The notes below the pieces were generated by a model, which saw only the letters and a list, made by a program, of their open reading frames with translations, had not been told where the DNA came from and ran no database searches. DNA of 19,824 bases from Kofleriaceae bacterium (GTDB taxonomy: Bacteria; Myxococcota_A; Polyangia; Haliangiales; Haliangiaceae): assembly GCA_046597055.1 (NCBI GenBank), contig JBKJLC010000207.1, positions 1-19,824 on the forward strand. Direction: 5' to 3'. The translations under genes were made by a program, and so were the position numbers. This document shows positions 1-10,359 of the stretch, in pieces (position 1 is the first letter of the stretch; every line of letters starts with the position of its first letter).

Positions 1-107
1 GTGGCACGGGCCGTGCGCGGCGCGCGGCGAAGGCGCCCCCCAGCCCCCCGGCAGGCGCCGGCAGGCATGCCTCGCTCCAGAAGCCAGTCACCCATAGAAC
101 CGGGCCT

Positions 108-169
108 GCCGCTGCCGCTCGCTGCTGCCGCTCGCGCTGCTGCCGCTGCTGCTCGCGCTGCTGCTGCTG
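108..169. repeat. Low-complexity GCT/GCCGCT/GCTCGC tandem tract downstream of the SUKH-TPR gene
   Basis: Seen directly: gccgctgccgctcgctgctgccgctcgcgctgctgccgctgctgctcgcgctgctgctgctg. No convincing gene covers it. Confidence 0.6.
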
Positions 170-197
170 GCGACCCGCGTCGCCGCGTCGCGCGAGC

Positions 198-1184
198 CTA
201 GCTCTGCTGGGACTTCTTGGCGTCGTCGATCCGACGGGCCAGATCGAGGACGGCCAGGTCGCGCGGTGCGAGCGTGCGGGCGAGCCCGATCAGGTGAGCG
301 GCGGCGTCGAGCTCGTCGGCGGTGAGGCGGTCCTCGGCGCCGGTCACCTGGGCGCGGACCAGGCCGGGATCGAGCGCGAGCGCCTGCTGGGCCAGCCCGG
401 CGCGGCGCGGCTCGTCGCCGGCGGCGGCGGCCAGGCGCGCGGCCTCGGCCAGAAAGTACGGGCGCTGCTCGTGCTTCGGGTCGGCATCGGCCGCGGCGAT
501 CGCCTCGTCGAGCGCGCCCGGCAGATCGCCGAGGCGCTCGGAGATGCGCGCGAGATCGAGCCATGCCCACGGCAGGGTCGGCGCCTGGGTGACGACCTCC
601 TCGAGCTCGCGGCGGGCGCCGGTGAGATCGTCGCCCGCGGCGAGCAGGCGGGCCAGCCGCCAGCGGGGCCCGGGCGCGCGGCCGTCGCGCTTGACCTGCG
701 ACCGGACCCGGGCCAGCGCGGTCTCGTCCGTGAGCTCGCCGTCCTCGGTGAAGGCGGCCTCGGCGTACTCGCCGTCGTCGTCGAACAGCAGCGCGGTCGC
801 GTCGACCGCACCGTGCAGCCAGCGATCGAAGCTGGTGCCGTCGACGATGCGCTCGCCGGTGTCGGGGTCCTCGCGCCAGACCCGGCCCTTGGTGTCGAAC
901 CAGATCGGCTCGCCGTCGATCTCGCCGAACTCGTAGCGACCGTCGTCGCCGGGCGCGCCGACCTCGGCCGGTGGCTTGAGGACCAGCGCATCACCGAACA
1001 TGCGGGCGCCGCCCATCGCCAGGTAGACGTCCATCACCGACGGCGGCCACGCGGTCGGCAGGTCGATCGTCGGCTCGCCGAGATCGTGCATGCCCGCGGG
1101 CCAGCGCTCGAGCGCCGTGATGATGCGATCGACCGCCGAGTCGTCCTCGTCGCTTCCGCGACGACCACCGTACCGCGGGCTCAT
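198..1184 (-). CDS. SMI1/KNR4 (SUKH)-like domain plus C-terminal TPR-like repeats, 328 aa
   Basis: Start MSPRYGG overlaps the upstream stop (ATGA at 1181-1184). The N-half LPTAWPPSVMDVYLAMGG...FGEIDGEPIWFDTKGRVWREDPDTGERIVDGTSFDRWL follows the SUKH pattern. The C-half has TPR-like helices (RWRLARLLAAGDDLTGARRELEEVVTQAP; AWLDLARISERLGDLPGALDE). Confidence 0.75.
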   Translation of the reverse strand: MSPRYGGRRGSDEDDSAVDRIITALERWPAGMHDLGEPTIDLPTAWPPSVMDVYLAMGGARMFGDALVLKPPAEVGAPGDDGRYEFGEIDGEPIWFDTKGRVWREDPDTGERIVDGTSFDRWLHGAVDATALLFDDDGEYAEAAFTEDGELTDETALARVRSQVKRDGRAPGPRWRLARLLAAGDDLTGARRELEEVVTQAPTLPWAWLDLARISERLGDLPGALDEAIAAADADPKHEQRPYFLAEAARLAAAAGDEPRRAGLAQQALALDPGLVRAQVTGAEDRLTADELDAAAHLIGLARTLAPRDLAVLDLARRIDDAKKSQQS

Positions 1185-2602
1185 GGCACCAGGTCGAGCA
1201 CGCCGGCGGCGACCACCGGCTCGCCGCTGCCATCGATGCCACGGAACGACGCGACCACGCGCCGGGCGCCGGCGGGCGGCGCCGCGCTCGCGATCACCGC
1301 GCCGTCCGCGCCGGCCGCGACCTCGACGGTCTGGAACGCCGTGCGAACCCCGGCCGCGTCCTCGCCCAGGAGGGTCAGCGTGCCCTTGCCGAGCGGGGTG
1401 CCGTGGACGGTGACCGAGACCGGGGCGCCATCGCCAGCGGTCAGGCGGAGGTCGCCGCGGAACAGCCAGCGCAGCAGGCCCGCCTCGTACGCGGCCGCGA
1501 TCGGCAGCAGCGCGGCGGCCTGCTCGAGCAGGCACTCGTCGTCGAGCCACCAGCTCAGCCGGCCGTGGTCGACGCCGTAGCGCGCCAGGCACACACCGTC
1601 GGGATCGCGCAGCGTGGCGCCGCCGGGCTGGCCGGCGGCCATGAGGTTCAGGCGGCGCGGCACGGTCGGGGCCGGCCGGGTCAACGCCTGCGCGAGCACG
1701 GCCGACAGATCCTCACGCCGAGTGGTGCCGACGTCGACCGCGCGCGGCAGCGTGCCGGTCGAGAAGAAGCGCGACGCGGTCATCGGCGCGAGGCCGGGCT
1801 GCGCCGGGTCGGTGCCGACGAAGAACCCGCGCCAGGTCGGCATCGACACCCGGGCCGCGGCCGCGGGCACGCCGAGCCGGCCCCAGCCGATCGCGGCGAG
1901 CCGCTCGAACCGCGCGCCGCGGTCGCTCGCGTCGGGGCCGAGCTCGGCGTCGTGGGCGGCGGCGTCGCCGCGGACCCGCGACGGGCAGGCCATGTCGCCG
2001 AGGACGTGGAGGATCGCGCCCGCCGCGACCAGCGCGCCGGCCAGGTGCCGGCTCCGCTCGCCGGGCGTGGCGCCGCGCAGCGCCTTCTCGTACTGCTCGA
2101 GGAAGCCGGCCAGCCCGAGCGGGTTGGCCGGGCTCTCGACCCAGTCGGGCGCCGGGACGCCGCGGCCGGGCAGGGCCACCGCGCTGCGGGTCCGCGCCTT
2201 CAGCCCGCCGAGCAAGCCGGCGCCGGGCGCGCGCCAGCCGGTCGCGGTGCGCGGATCGAAGAAGTGATTGGCGGCCCACGCCGCGCTGGAGTCGGCGAGG
2301 GCGGCGCCGGCCAGCAGCCACGACAGCGCGTACTGGCGGCCGCGGGCGTCGGGGGTGTAGCCGTGGCTGGGGCTGTGACGCGCGAGCGCGGTCATCAGCT
2401 CCTTGGCGTCGGCCGGCGGGATGGTGAGCGGCTCGAACAACCCGCCCCCGACGCCGAGCGCGCGCAGGTGGCTGTCGAGCTCGGCGGCCAGCGCGGCCTG
2501 CTCGGCGAGGCCGGTGTGGGTCGAGGTCTCCCAGGCGCGGGCCGGCAGCGGCGCGGCGAAGAGCGCGGCGGCGAGCGCGGCGGCGATCACGCGTGTTCTC
2601 AT
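1181..2602 (-). CDS. Secreted Zn-dependent phospholipase C / S1-P1 nuclease-like protein, 473 aa
   Basis: Start MRTRVIAAALAAALFAAPLPARA is a signal peptide and overlaps the upstream stop (ATGA at 2599-2602). The mature N-terminus W-ETST-H, then GAALAD, NHFFDP, GAILHVLGDMACP and RFE, matches the W/H/D/H/H-x3-D/E metal-ligand order of this fold. Confidence 0.7.
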   Translation of the reverse strand: MRTRVIAAALAAALFAAPLPARAWETSTHTGLAEQAALAAELDSHLRALGVGGGLFEPLTIPPADAKELMTALARHSPSHGYTPDARGRQYALSWLLAGAALADSSAAWAANHFFDPRTATGWRAPGAGLLGGLKARTRSAVALPGRGVPAPDWVESPANPLGLAGFLEQYEKALRGATPGERSRHLAGALVAAGAILHVLGDMACPSRVRGDAAAHDAELGPDASDRGARFERLAAIGWGRLGVPAAAARVSMPTWRGFFVGTDPAQPGLAPMTASRFFSTGTLPRAVDVGTTRREDLSAVLAQALTRPAPTVPRRLNLMAAGQPGGATLRDPDGVCLARYGVDHGRLSWWLDDECLLEQAAALLPIAAAYEAGLLRWLFRGDLRLTAGDGAPVSVTVHGTPLGKGTLTLLGEDAAGVRTAFQTVEVAAGADGAVIASAAPPAGARRVVASFRGIDGSGEPVVAAGVLDLVP

Positions 2603-3678
2603 GGCGAGCCTCCGCCGGCGCCGCGGTCGAGCGGCCACAGCTCCTTGATGCGGCGGTGGATGATCTGGCCGAGCGCGGCGACGTCGTCGGTCGACGAGCA
2701 CTGGCTCTTGCCGCAGGTGATCAAAACGACCAGCCCGCGCTGGCCGTCGAGGAAGGAGACGCCGTAGATCTCGTTCTCGATCGCGCGCAGCGAGCGCGAT
2801 GCCATCTCGTCGCGCTCCTCGACGCCAGGCAGGCCGGTGCGGAGCTCCTCGTAGCGCTCGAGCGCGGCGCCCGGATCGAGGCGCCACAGCCGGAGCGCGA
2901 TGTCCCAGCTCTCGTTGCGGCCGAGCGCCTTGAAGTGCTGCGACGAGTAGGTCGCGGTGTCGGGCTCGTCGCCGAGCGGACCGGTCTCGAAGCTGCCGTC
3001 GTACTTGGTGCGGCCCTTGATGTCGTCGGGCGCCAGCAGCTGAGCCGCGACGATGTAGGGCCCCTGGCCCGCGACCGGCAGGCCAGGGCCGGGGCCCTTG
3101 GTCGGATCGAGCTCGGCGATCGCCGCCTCGCCCTCCCACGCGGTCACCGCCGCCACCGCAGCGCCACCACCGACGAACCGGACGTGGCGGGCGTGCGAGT
3201 ACTCGGGGCGCCATCGCTCGAGCTCGACCTGGTTCTCGCGCTGGGCGAAGTCGCGACGAGCCCCGAAGTCGGCGAAGCGCCGGTCGCTGCGGTAGGCGAC
3301 GAAGCTGCGCTTGTAGATGACGAGCTGGAAGTCGACGACCCGTGCGCCGGCCTTGACGGCCGGCATGGCCGGGATGAGATAGCGACCGGAGGCGTCGGTG
3401 GAGGCGACCGCCTCGGCGTACCCGGCGGCGACCCCGAACGAGCCGGCATCCTGGAGCGTCCAGGTCGCGTAGATCATCGCGCCGGCGACCGGTGACCGGT
3501 TGGCCGCGTCGAGCACGCGGCCGGTGAAGGGACCCCGCAGGTCACCCGGCGACACGGCGTCGGGGCGGCTGCGGAAGGGCGCCGTGCGAGGAGCCACGGC
3601 GAGCGGACGGCAGCCAGCCACCAGCACCAGGAGGGCGATGGCGGCCAGGAGCCGAGAGGTGGCGGGGAGCGCGGTCAT
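2599..3678 (-). CDS. Lipoprotein with a carboxypeptidase-regulatory-like (prealbumin-fold) N-domain, 359 aa
   Basis: MTALPATSRLLAAIALLVLVAG-C lipobox; FTGRVLDAANRSPVAGAMI...STDASGRYLI is typical of this domain. C-terminal domain not recognised. Confidence 0.75.
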   Translation of the reverse strand: MTALPATSRLLAAIALLVLVAGCRPLAVAPRTAPFRSRPDAVSPGDLRGPFTGRVLDAANRSPVAGAMIYATWTLQDAGSFGVAAGYAEAVASTDASGRYLIPAMPAVKAGARVVDFQLVIYKRSFVAYRSDRRFADFGARRDFAQRENQVELERWRPEYSHARHVRFVGGGAAVAAVTAWEGEAAIAELDPTKGPGPGLPVAGQGPYIVAAQLLAPDDIKGRTKYDGSFETGPLGDEPDTATYSSQHFKALGRNESWDIALRLWRLDPGAALERYEELRTGLPGVEERDEMASRSLRAIENEIYGVSFLDGQRGLVVLITCGKSQCSSTDDVAALGQIIHRRIKELWPLDRGAGGGSP

Positions 3679-3850
3679 TCGACGGTGGGGCGCGGTCTTA
3701 TCAGGACCGTCGGCAGCATGCAAACGACCCGGGACTGCCCGGACGCCCAGATCGGCGCGGGCGCGCCGGATCAATGTCGAGGTCCATGTCGAAGGACCGC
3801 ACGTGCGCTTCATTCGGACGCAGGCCTGGTCTACCGTGGGTGTGGTCGCG

Positions 3851-5215
3851 ATGCGCTGCTCGAAGTGTGGTCACGATAATCCGCCGGGCTCGAGCTTCTG
3901 CTTGCAGTGCGGAACGTCGCTGATGGCGCCCATGGGCTATCCGGGACAGACTCCCGGCGCTGCGCCGGGGTTGCCCGCGACGTGTCCCACCTGCCGCACC
4001 GACAACCCGCCGGGCATGCGGTTCTGCCGCAACTGCGGCACGGTGCTCGGGGGCGCACAGGGGCCGGGAACCCCGCCGCCGTACGGCCCACCGCCTGGGG
4101 TCGTGGCCGGCTCGATCGGCGGCAGCCCGGGCTCCGCGCCGGTGCCGCTGGGCTATCCGATCGGGCCCCCGCCGATGGGGCCCCCGATGGGCCCGCCGCC
4201 GATGGGCCATGGGATGCCCCCGATGGGCGGTCCGCTCGGCCCGCCGCCGCCGATGGGCCCGCCCGTTGGCACCGGCCCCGGCATGGGCCAGGTGGGCGGC
4301 TACGGGGCGATCGGGTCGCCGCCGCCCGGCATGCCGGCGGTGTGCCCGCGCTGCAACGCGCCGACCCAGGCCGGCTTCGCGTTCTGCCAACAGTGTGGGT
4401 TCCGCCTGACCGCCGGCGCACCGCCCGCGCCGGGCAACCACGTCGACGCCCAGGGCGCGACCCTGGCCGCGCCCAACCTGGCCGCCGCGCAGCTGCGCCC
4501 GGCCGCCGCGCCGGTGGCGTCGGCGTCGACGCCGCCGTCAGGGCCCGCGACCGCACCATCGCCCAGCTGGGGTGTCGCGGTCTCGGTCAACCGCGACGGC
4601 ACCGATGGTGAACGCTTCCCGCTCGCCGCCGAGTACGTGGTGGTCGGGCGCGCCGGCGCTGACATCGCGTTCGATCAAGACCGGTTCCTCGCCCGCCAGC
4701 ACGCCCGCCTCGAGCTCGCCCCCGACGGCACCTGCCGGGTGGTGCCGATCGACACGCTGAACGGCGTGTTCCGCAAGCTCGACGCGCCGATCGACCTGCC
4801 CGCGGGCTCGATCCTGCTCATCGGTCGCGAGGTGCTGCGGTTCGAGCTGGTCGAGGCCGACGAGCGGGTCGGTGAACCCCTGGTCCGCCACGGGGTCGCC
4901 CTGTTCGGCTCGCCGCCGCGCGCGCCGTGGGGACGCCTGCTCCAGCTGCTACCCTCGGGGGGCGTGCGCGACGTCCGCCACCTGTGGGACGACGAGATCA
5001 CGGTCGGCCGCGAGGAGGGCGATCTGGTCTACTCCGACGACGCGTTCCTGTCGCGCCGACACTGCACGATCGGCTGGGACGGGAGCCGCGCCGTGATCAC
5101 CGACCTCGGCAGCTCGAACGGCACGTTCATTCGCCTCGCCGGGCCCGCGCCGGTGCGATCCGGCGAGCACGTCCGCATGGGCGACCAGCTGTTCCGGATC
5201 GAGCTCCGTCGCTGA
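3851..5215 (+). CDS. Triple zinc-ribbon, Pro-rich, double-FHA protein, 454 aa
   Basis: ATG at 3851. Three CxxC-x9-FCxxCG ribbons (CSKC/FCLQCG, CPTC/FCRNCG, CPRC/FCQQCG). Two FHA domains (VGRAG...ARQH...NGVF; VGREE...SRRH...SSNGTF). Confidence 0.9.
   Translation: MRCSKCGHDNPPGSSFCLQCGTSLMAPMGYPGQTPGAAPGLPATCPTCRTDNPPGMRFCRNCGTVLGGAQGPGTPPPYGPPPGVVAGSIGGSPGSAPVPLGYPIGPPPMGPPMGPPPMGHGMPPMGGPLGPPPPMGPPVGTGPGMGQVGGYGAIGSPPPGMPAVCPRCNAPTQAGFAFCQQCGFRLTAGAPPAPGNHVDAQGATLAAPNLAAAQLRPAAAPVASASTPPSGPATAPSPSWGVAVSVNRDGTDGERFPLAAEYVVVGRAGADIAFDQDRFLARQHARLELAPDGTCRVVPIDTLNGVFRKLDAPIDLPAGSILLIGREVLRFELVEADERVGEPLVRHGVALFGSPPRAPWGRLLQLLPSGGVRDVRHLWDDEITVGREEGDLVYSDDAFLSRRHCTIGWDGSRAVITDLGSSNGTFIRLAGPAPVRSGEHVRMGDQLFRIELRR
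4160..4265 (+). repeat. PPMG coding repeats inside the FHA protein
   Basis: ccgatggg recurs, encoding GPPPMGPPMGPPPMGHGMPPMGGPLGPPPPMGPP (five PPMG units). Confidence 0.75.
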
Positions 5216-5220
5216 CAGCT

Positions 5221-6342
5221 GTGCGTCGGGCCGTGGTCCACGCCTCGTCCCACATCGGTCGCGTCCGCGACCGGAACGAGGACGCGTTCCTGATCGGCGA
5301 CCTCGACAGCGGCGATCCGTGGGAGGGCGGTGCCGAGCTGACCTGCGAGGGCGCGCGCGGCCCGTTCGCGGTCGTGTGCGACGGGATGGGCGGCGCCGCT
5401 GGCGGCGAGGTCGCGTCCGACCTGGCCGTGCGCACCACCTGGCGCGAGATGCGCGAGGCCCACGCCACCGACGATCCCGAGGTGTTCGCGCGGATCCTGC
5501 GCCGCGCGGTCCGCGCCGCCAACCAGCGCGTGCACGACGAGAGCGAGCGCGAGCCGACCCTGCGCGGCATGGGCACGACGCTATCGGCGGCGGGCGTAGC
5601 CGGGCACCACCTGGTCCTCGCGCAGGTCGGCGACTCGCGGGTCTACCTCCACCGCGCCGGCGTCCTCACCCAGGTCACGCGCGATCAGACGCTGGCCCAG
5701 GCGCTGGTCAACGCCGGCCGCATGAGCGAGGCCGAGGCCGAGGCCAGCGTCGGCGCCGCGACCATCCTGCAGGCGCTCGGGGTCGGACCCGACGTCGAGC
5801 CCTCGTTGTCGCTGGTCGCGCTGCGCCAGGGCGACCGGGTGCTGCTGTGCTCGGACGGGCTCTACAACCAGCTGGGCCCGTCGACGATCCAGGCGATCGT
5901 CGACGGCCGCCGCGGGCCGAGCGCGCTGGCGCAGGCGCTGTGCGACGCCGCGTGCGCCGCCGGGGGCCACGACAACATCACCGCGGTCGTGATGTTCCTC
6001 GACGGCGACGCGCTGCCGGCGCCGGCCAGCACCGACGAGGCGCCGCGGTTCGTCGAGTTCGACCCGCGCGAGGAGGGCGAGCGCGCCCTCACCTCGACCT
6101 CGTACGTCGCGCGCCGGCTGGCGGCGCGCGCCGGCGTCGGCAACGATCCGGGCCCGCCGGTGCTGCCGGCCACCGGCCAGCACGCGATCATCCCGCGCGG
6201 GCGGCTCGCGCCCGGCGTCTCGATGACGGACCTGGCCGGGCCCGCGTCGCGTCAGATATCCGCCAGCCGGACCCATCTCCTCTGGTTGGTCGTCGCGGTG
6301 GTCATCGCCGCCGCGATCGGCTGGTGGCTGGCCGGTCACTGA
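5221..6342 (+). CDS. PP2C (PPM)-family Ser/Thr protein phosphatase with C-terminal TM anchor, about 373 aa
   Basis: GRVRDRNED, VCDGMGG, QVGDSRVY, LLCSDGL and GGHDNIT motifs; ends LLWLVVAVVIAAAIGWWLAGH. Start taken as GTG 5221, 5 nt after the previous stop (uncertain by a few codons). Confidence 0.93.
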   Translation: MRRAVVHASSHIGRVRDRNEDAFLIGDLDSGDPWEGGAELTCEGARGPFAVVCDGMGGAAGGEVASDLAVRTTWREMREAHATDDPEVFARILRRAVRAANQRVHDESEREPTLRGMGTTLSAAGVAGHHLVLAQVGDSRVYLHRAGVLTQVTRDQTLAQALVNAGRMSEAEAEASVGAATILQALGVGPDVEPSLSLVALRQGDRVLLCSDGLYNQLGPSTIQAIVDGRRGPSALAQALCDAACAAGGHDNITAVVMFLDGDALPAPASTDEAPRFVEFDPREEGERALTSTSYVARRLAARAGVGNDPGPPVLPATGQHAIIPRGRLAPGVSMTDLAGPASRQISASRTHLLWLVVAVVIAAAIGWWLAGH

Positions 6343-6367
6343 CCGGGGGGCCGCGCGGGCCCGCGGG

Positions 6368-6370
<3 letters not shown>
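6340..6370. terminator. Imperfect hairpin between convergent PP2C and kinase genes
   Basis: TGACC...GGGCC-gcgcg-GGCCC...GGTCA spans both stop codons; no U tract. Confidence 0.35.
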
Positions 6371-7918
<1,548 letters not shown>

Positions 7919-7966
7919 CCGATTGGATTCTCTCCCAACTCTGTGCCGTGCGCACCTGTTACCCGG

Positions 7967-8431
7967 TCAAAGCGCCAGCGTCACCGCCACGATCAGCCCG
8001 ACGATGACAGCGAAAGCGATCACGGCGAGCACGCGCCACCTCGGTGCGCTGCGGCGCGGAGCGTCGAGGACCGGGGCCGGCAGCGCCTGGGCAGCGGCGG
8101 CGTCGCCGACGAACAGCCGGATGCGCGGACCGCCAGCGCCGAACTCGACGACGATCGGGGTCGCCAGCGCCACCGTGGTCTCGGTGATCCGGTGGCCGTC
8201 GACGAAGGTGCCGTTCGAGCTGCCGACGTCGACCAGCAGCCAGCCGTCCTCGGTCCGCCGCAGCTCGGCGTGGCGCGACGACGCGTCGATGTCGCGGTGG
8301 GCGTCGAACGACACCTCGCAGTCAGGGTGACGGCCGAAGCGCACCTTGCGCTCGGCCGACAGCTCCTGGCGCTGCCCGCGCCGGGAGCCGGCCAGGTGAT
8401 CGACGATCACGGTGAGGGACTCGCCCGCCAC
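7967..8431 (-). CDS. Small FHA-domain protein with C-terminal TM anchor, about 154 aa
   Basis: FGRHPDC...ASSRHAEL...DVGSSNGTFVDG; ends WRVLAVIAFAVIVGLIVAVTLAL. Start is GTG 8431 (TACCCT 9 nt upstream) or GTG 8449. Confidence 0.9.
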   Translation of the reverse strand: MAGESLTVIVDHLAGSRRGQRQELSAERKVRFGRHPDCEVSFDAHRDIDASSRHAELRRTEDGWLLVDVGSSNGTFVDGHRITETTVALATPIVVEFGAGGPRIRLFVGDAAAAQALPAPVLDAPRRSAPRWRVLAVIAFAVIVGLIVAVTLAL

Positions 8432-8458
8432 GGGTGGGTCAGGGTACACGCGGCTCGA

Positions 8459-10162
8459 TCATGGCGCCAGCGCCGCGCGGACGCCGGCCTCGAGCCCGGG
8501 GTCGTCGGCGCCGAGCTCGAGCCAGCGCCGCCAGGCGGCCTCCATCGCCGCGCGATCGCCGCGGGCCTCGGCGAACGCGCCGCTCTGCACCAGCGCCTCG
8601 GGCAGGCTGGGTGCGTCGGTCAGCGCGCGCGCGACGTGCTCGAGCGCCCGCGGACGATCGCCGGGCCAGGCGGCGCGCGCCCGTCGCAGCGAGGCCCGCG
8701 CCGCGCGCACCGCGGCGACCTGCTGGACGTCGGCGGTCGGATCGGCCGGGATGTCGGCCGGCGGGATCGGTCGATCGCCCTCGCCGAGCAGCTCGTGGCG
8801 CAGATCGAACGCGCGCATGCGCGCGCCGGCGCCGGGGCCGTCGGCGACCCACATCGCCAGCGAGGCCGGATCGAACAGCACGACGTGGACCGCGCTGGCG
8901 TCGTCGAGCGCCGCGCGATGTCCGAGCGGCAGGCCTTCGTCGCTGGTGCTGCGCCGATCGCGGAGCACCGCGGCCGCCGCGGCGGCGTCGACCGGCGGCG
9001 TGCGCACCAGCTGCTCGGCGCGCGCGACCCGGGCCAGCGTGGTCGAGATCCGGCGGGTGCGATCGTTTTCGGGATCGTCGGCGAACGCCGGCGACATCAG
9101 CACGTCGCCGACCGCCCGCTCGGGCGGATCGCGGCGGACGCCGACCTTGGTCGGGCTGCGCTCGACGACGGCCCACCGGCCGCGCGCGCCGTCGACGAGC
9201 ACGAACGCGGCCGCGCCCAGGGTCGGCGTGGCCTCGATCAGCTTGATCGCGGCGTCGAGATCCTCGGCCAGCTCCAGCACGTCGCGCGCGAGCAGCGCGG
9301 CCGGGCGCGCCGCCACCGTCGTCCGCACGTCGCGGGTCGCGGTCGGGTGCACGGTCACCACCAGGCCACGCGCGTTGATGCCGGTGACCACGCCGGCCAG
9401 GCCAGCCCAGCCGACCCCGGCCCACGCGATCCGGCCGGTCGGCCGCACCAGGCTGATCACCGGCCGGGCCTCGGCGTCGCCGCCGTCGCCGAGGCCGGGC
9501 AGGGCCAGCGCGTGGCCTGCCCACAGGCGGCCGGGCGTGGCCTGGGGCGCGACCCAGGTCAGGCTGCGCGCCAGCCGGCGGCTGTGCGCCTCGGCGGTCC
9601 ACCGCGCCGGCACGCCGACGTCGAGCACCGCGGCCTGGCGGATCAGATCCTGGAACGAGCTGGCCACGCCGCTGGCGCCCGCGCCGCGGACCGTGCCGGC
9701 GATCGCGCGCCGATGGCCATCGGGCACGCCGTCGTCGACGAACCGCAGGCGCCAGTCGAGGCGCATGCGGCGGGTCCATCCGAACCAGGCCCCGCTGCCG
9801 GCGACGCCATCGATGGTGGGCCGGAACGCCTGCGCGACCGCGGGCAACCGCTCGGCGAGCAGGCGGCCATGCGCGGCGCCGATCGCGAACGGCTCGCCGC
9901 TGGCCCGCACCACCGCCAGGTCGCCGGCCATCGCCAACGACGCGTCGCCCCAGCGCAGCCGCGGGGCGGCGCCCGGGGTCGGCTGGTCGAGCACGATCGC
10001 CGCGCGCGCCGGCTCGCCGCCGGGCACGTCGTAGACGACCGAGCGCCGGTAGATGAACCACGCCACGACAAACGCCGTGACCACCAGCACGACGAGCATG
10101 AACACCGCGCGCAGGGCGCGCTGCGGCGAGTGGCGCTTGCCGCCGATCACGAGATCCGCCAT
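8459..10162 (-). CDS. Membrane-anchored peptidase C45 / acyltransferase-like Ntn-hydrolase homologue with a C-terminal TPR; catalytic motifs atypical, 567 aa
   Basis: N-terminal TM; SGEPFAIGAAHGRLL, VGWAGLAGVVTGINARGLVV, LLARDVLE...AIKLI, HVVLFDPASLAMWV resemble C45 proteins; C-terminal ALTDAPSLPEALVQSG...WRRWLEL is TPR-like. Confidence 0.8.
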   Translation of the reverse strand: MADLVIGGKRHSPQRALRAVFMLVVLVVTAFVVAWFIYRRSVVYDVPGGEPARAAIVLDQPTPGAAPRLRWGDASLAMAGDLAVVRASGEPFAIGAAHGRLLAERLPAVAQAFRPTIDGVAGSGAWFGWTRRMRLDWRLRFVDDGVPDGHRRAIAGTVRGAGASGVASSFQDLIRQAAVLDVGVPARWTAEAHSRRLARSLTWVAPQATPGRLWAGHALALPGLGDGGDAEARPVISLVRPTGRIAWAGVGWAGLAGVVTGINARGLVVTVHPTATRDVRTTVAARPAALLARDVLELAEDLDAAIKLIEATPTLGAAAFVLVDGARGRWAVVERSPTKVGVRRDPPERAVGDVLMSPAFADDPENDRTRRISTTLARVARAEQLVRTPPVDAAAAAAVLRDRRSTSDEGLPLGHRAALDDASAVHVVLFDPASLAMWVADGPGAGARMRAFDLRHELLGEGDRPIPPADIPADPTADVQQVAAVRAARASLRRARAAWPGDRPRALEHVARALTDAPSLPEALVQSGAFAEARGDRAAMEAAWRRWLELGADDPGLEAGVRAALAP

Positions 10163-10301
10163 GAGCGCGCGGAGCCTACGCCGGTGACGCCCGCCCGGCT
10201 ACCTCGGCAAGACGGTGTCGGTCGGTGTCGGTGCGAGCGTGCGTCGGGTCATGGTCGCGATGCCGCGCCGCCGGGAGTGCGGTGACACCCTGACGAGAGC
10301 G

Positions 10302-10331
10302 TTGCTCGCGAACGGCGCGGTTTGGTAGCGT
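10302..10331 (+). promoter_or_regulatory. Putative sigma70-type promoter
   Basis: TTGCTC-18 nt-TAGCGT with extended -10 TG at 10323-10324; favours ATG 10360 over GTG 10330 as the start. Confidence 0.5.
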
Positions 10332-10359
10332 GGGTGACGCGCGCTGGCGCGGACGACGT

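Noticed and set aside
1..201. 66-aa Ala-rich plus ORF, and a possible minus-strand start at 68
   Set aside because: Low-complexity translation with no motif; the window edge prevents evaluation.
1185..3813. Long N-terminal extensions given by the ORF track (starts at 1592, 3214, 3813)
   Set aside because: They overlap real genes; ATGA overlaps and signal peptides place the starts at 1184, 2602 and 3678.
8439..8462. Mini-ORF MIEPRVP overlapping the C45 stop (ATGA); possible frameshifted FHA start
   Set aside because: Out of frame with the FHA gene, which is intact from GTG 8431 or 8449 with a -10-like box upstream.
10205..10262. GGTGTC/GTCG short repeats as a CRISPR array or binding sites
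   Set aside because: Too short and irregular; no repeat-spacer structure or cas genes.
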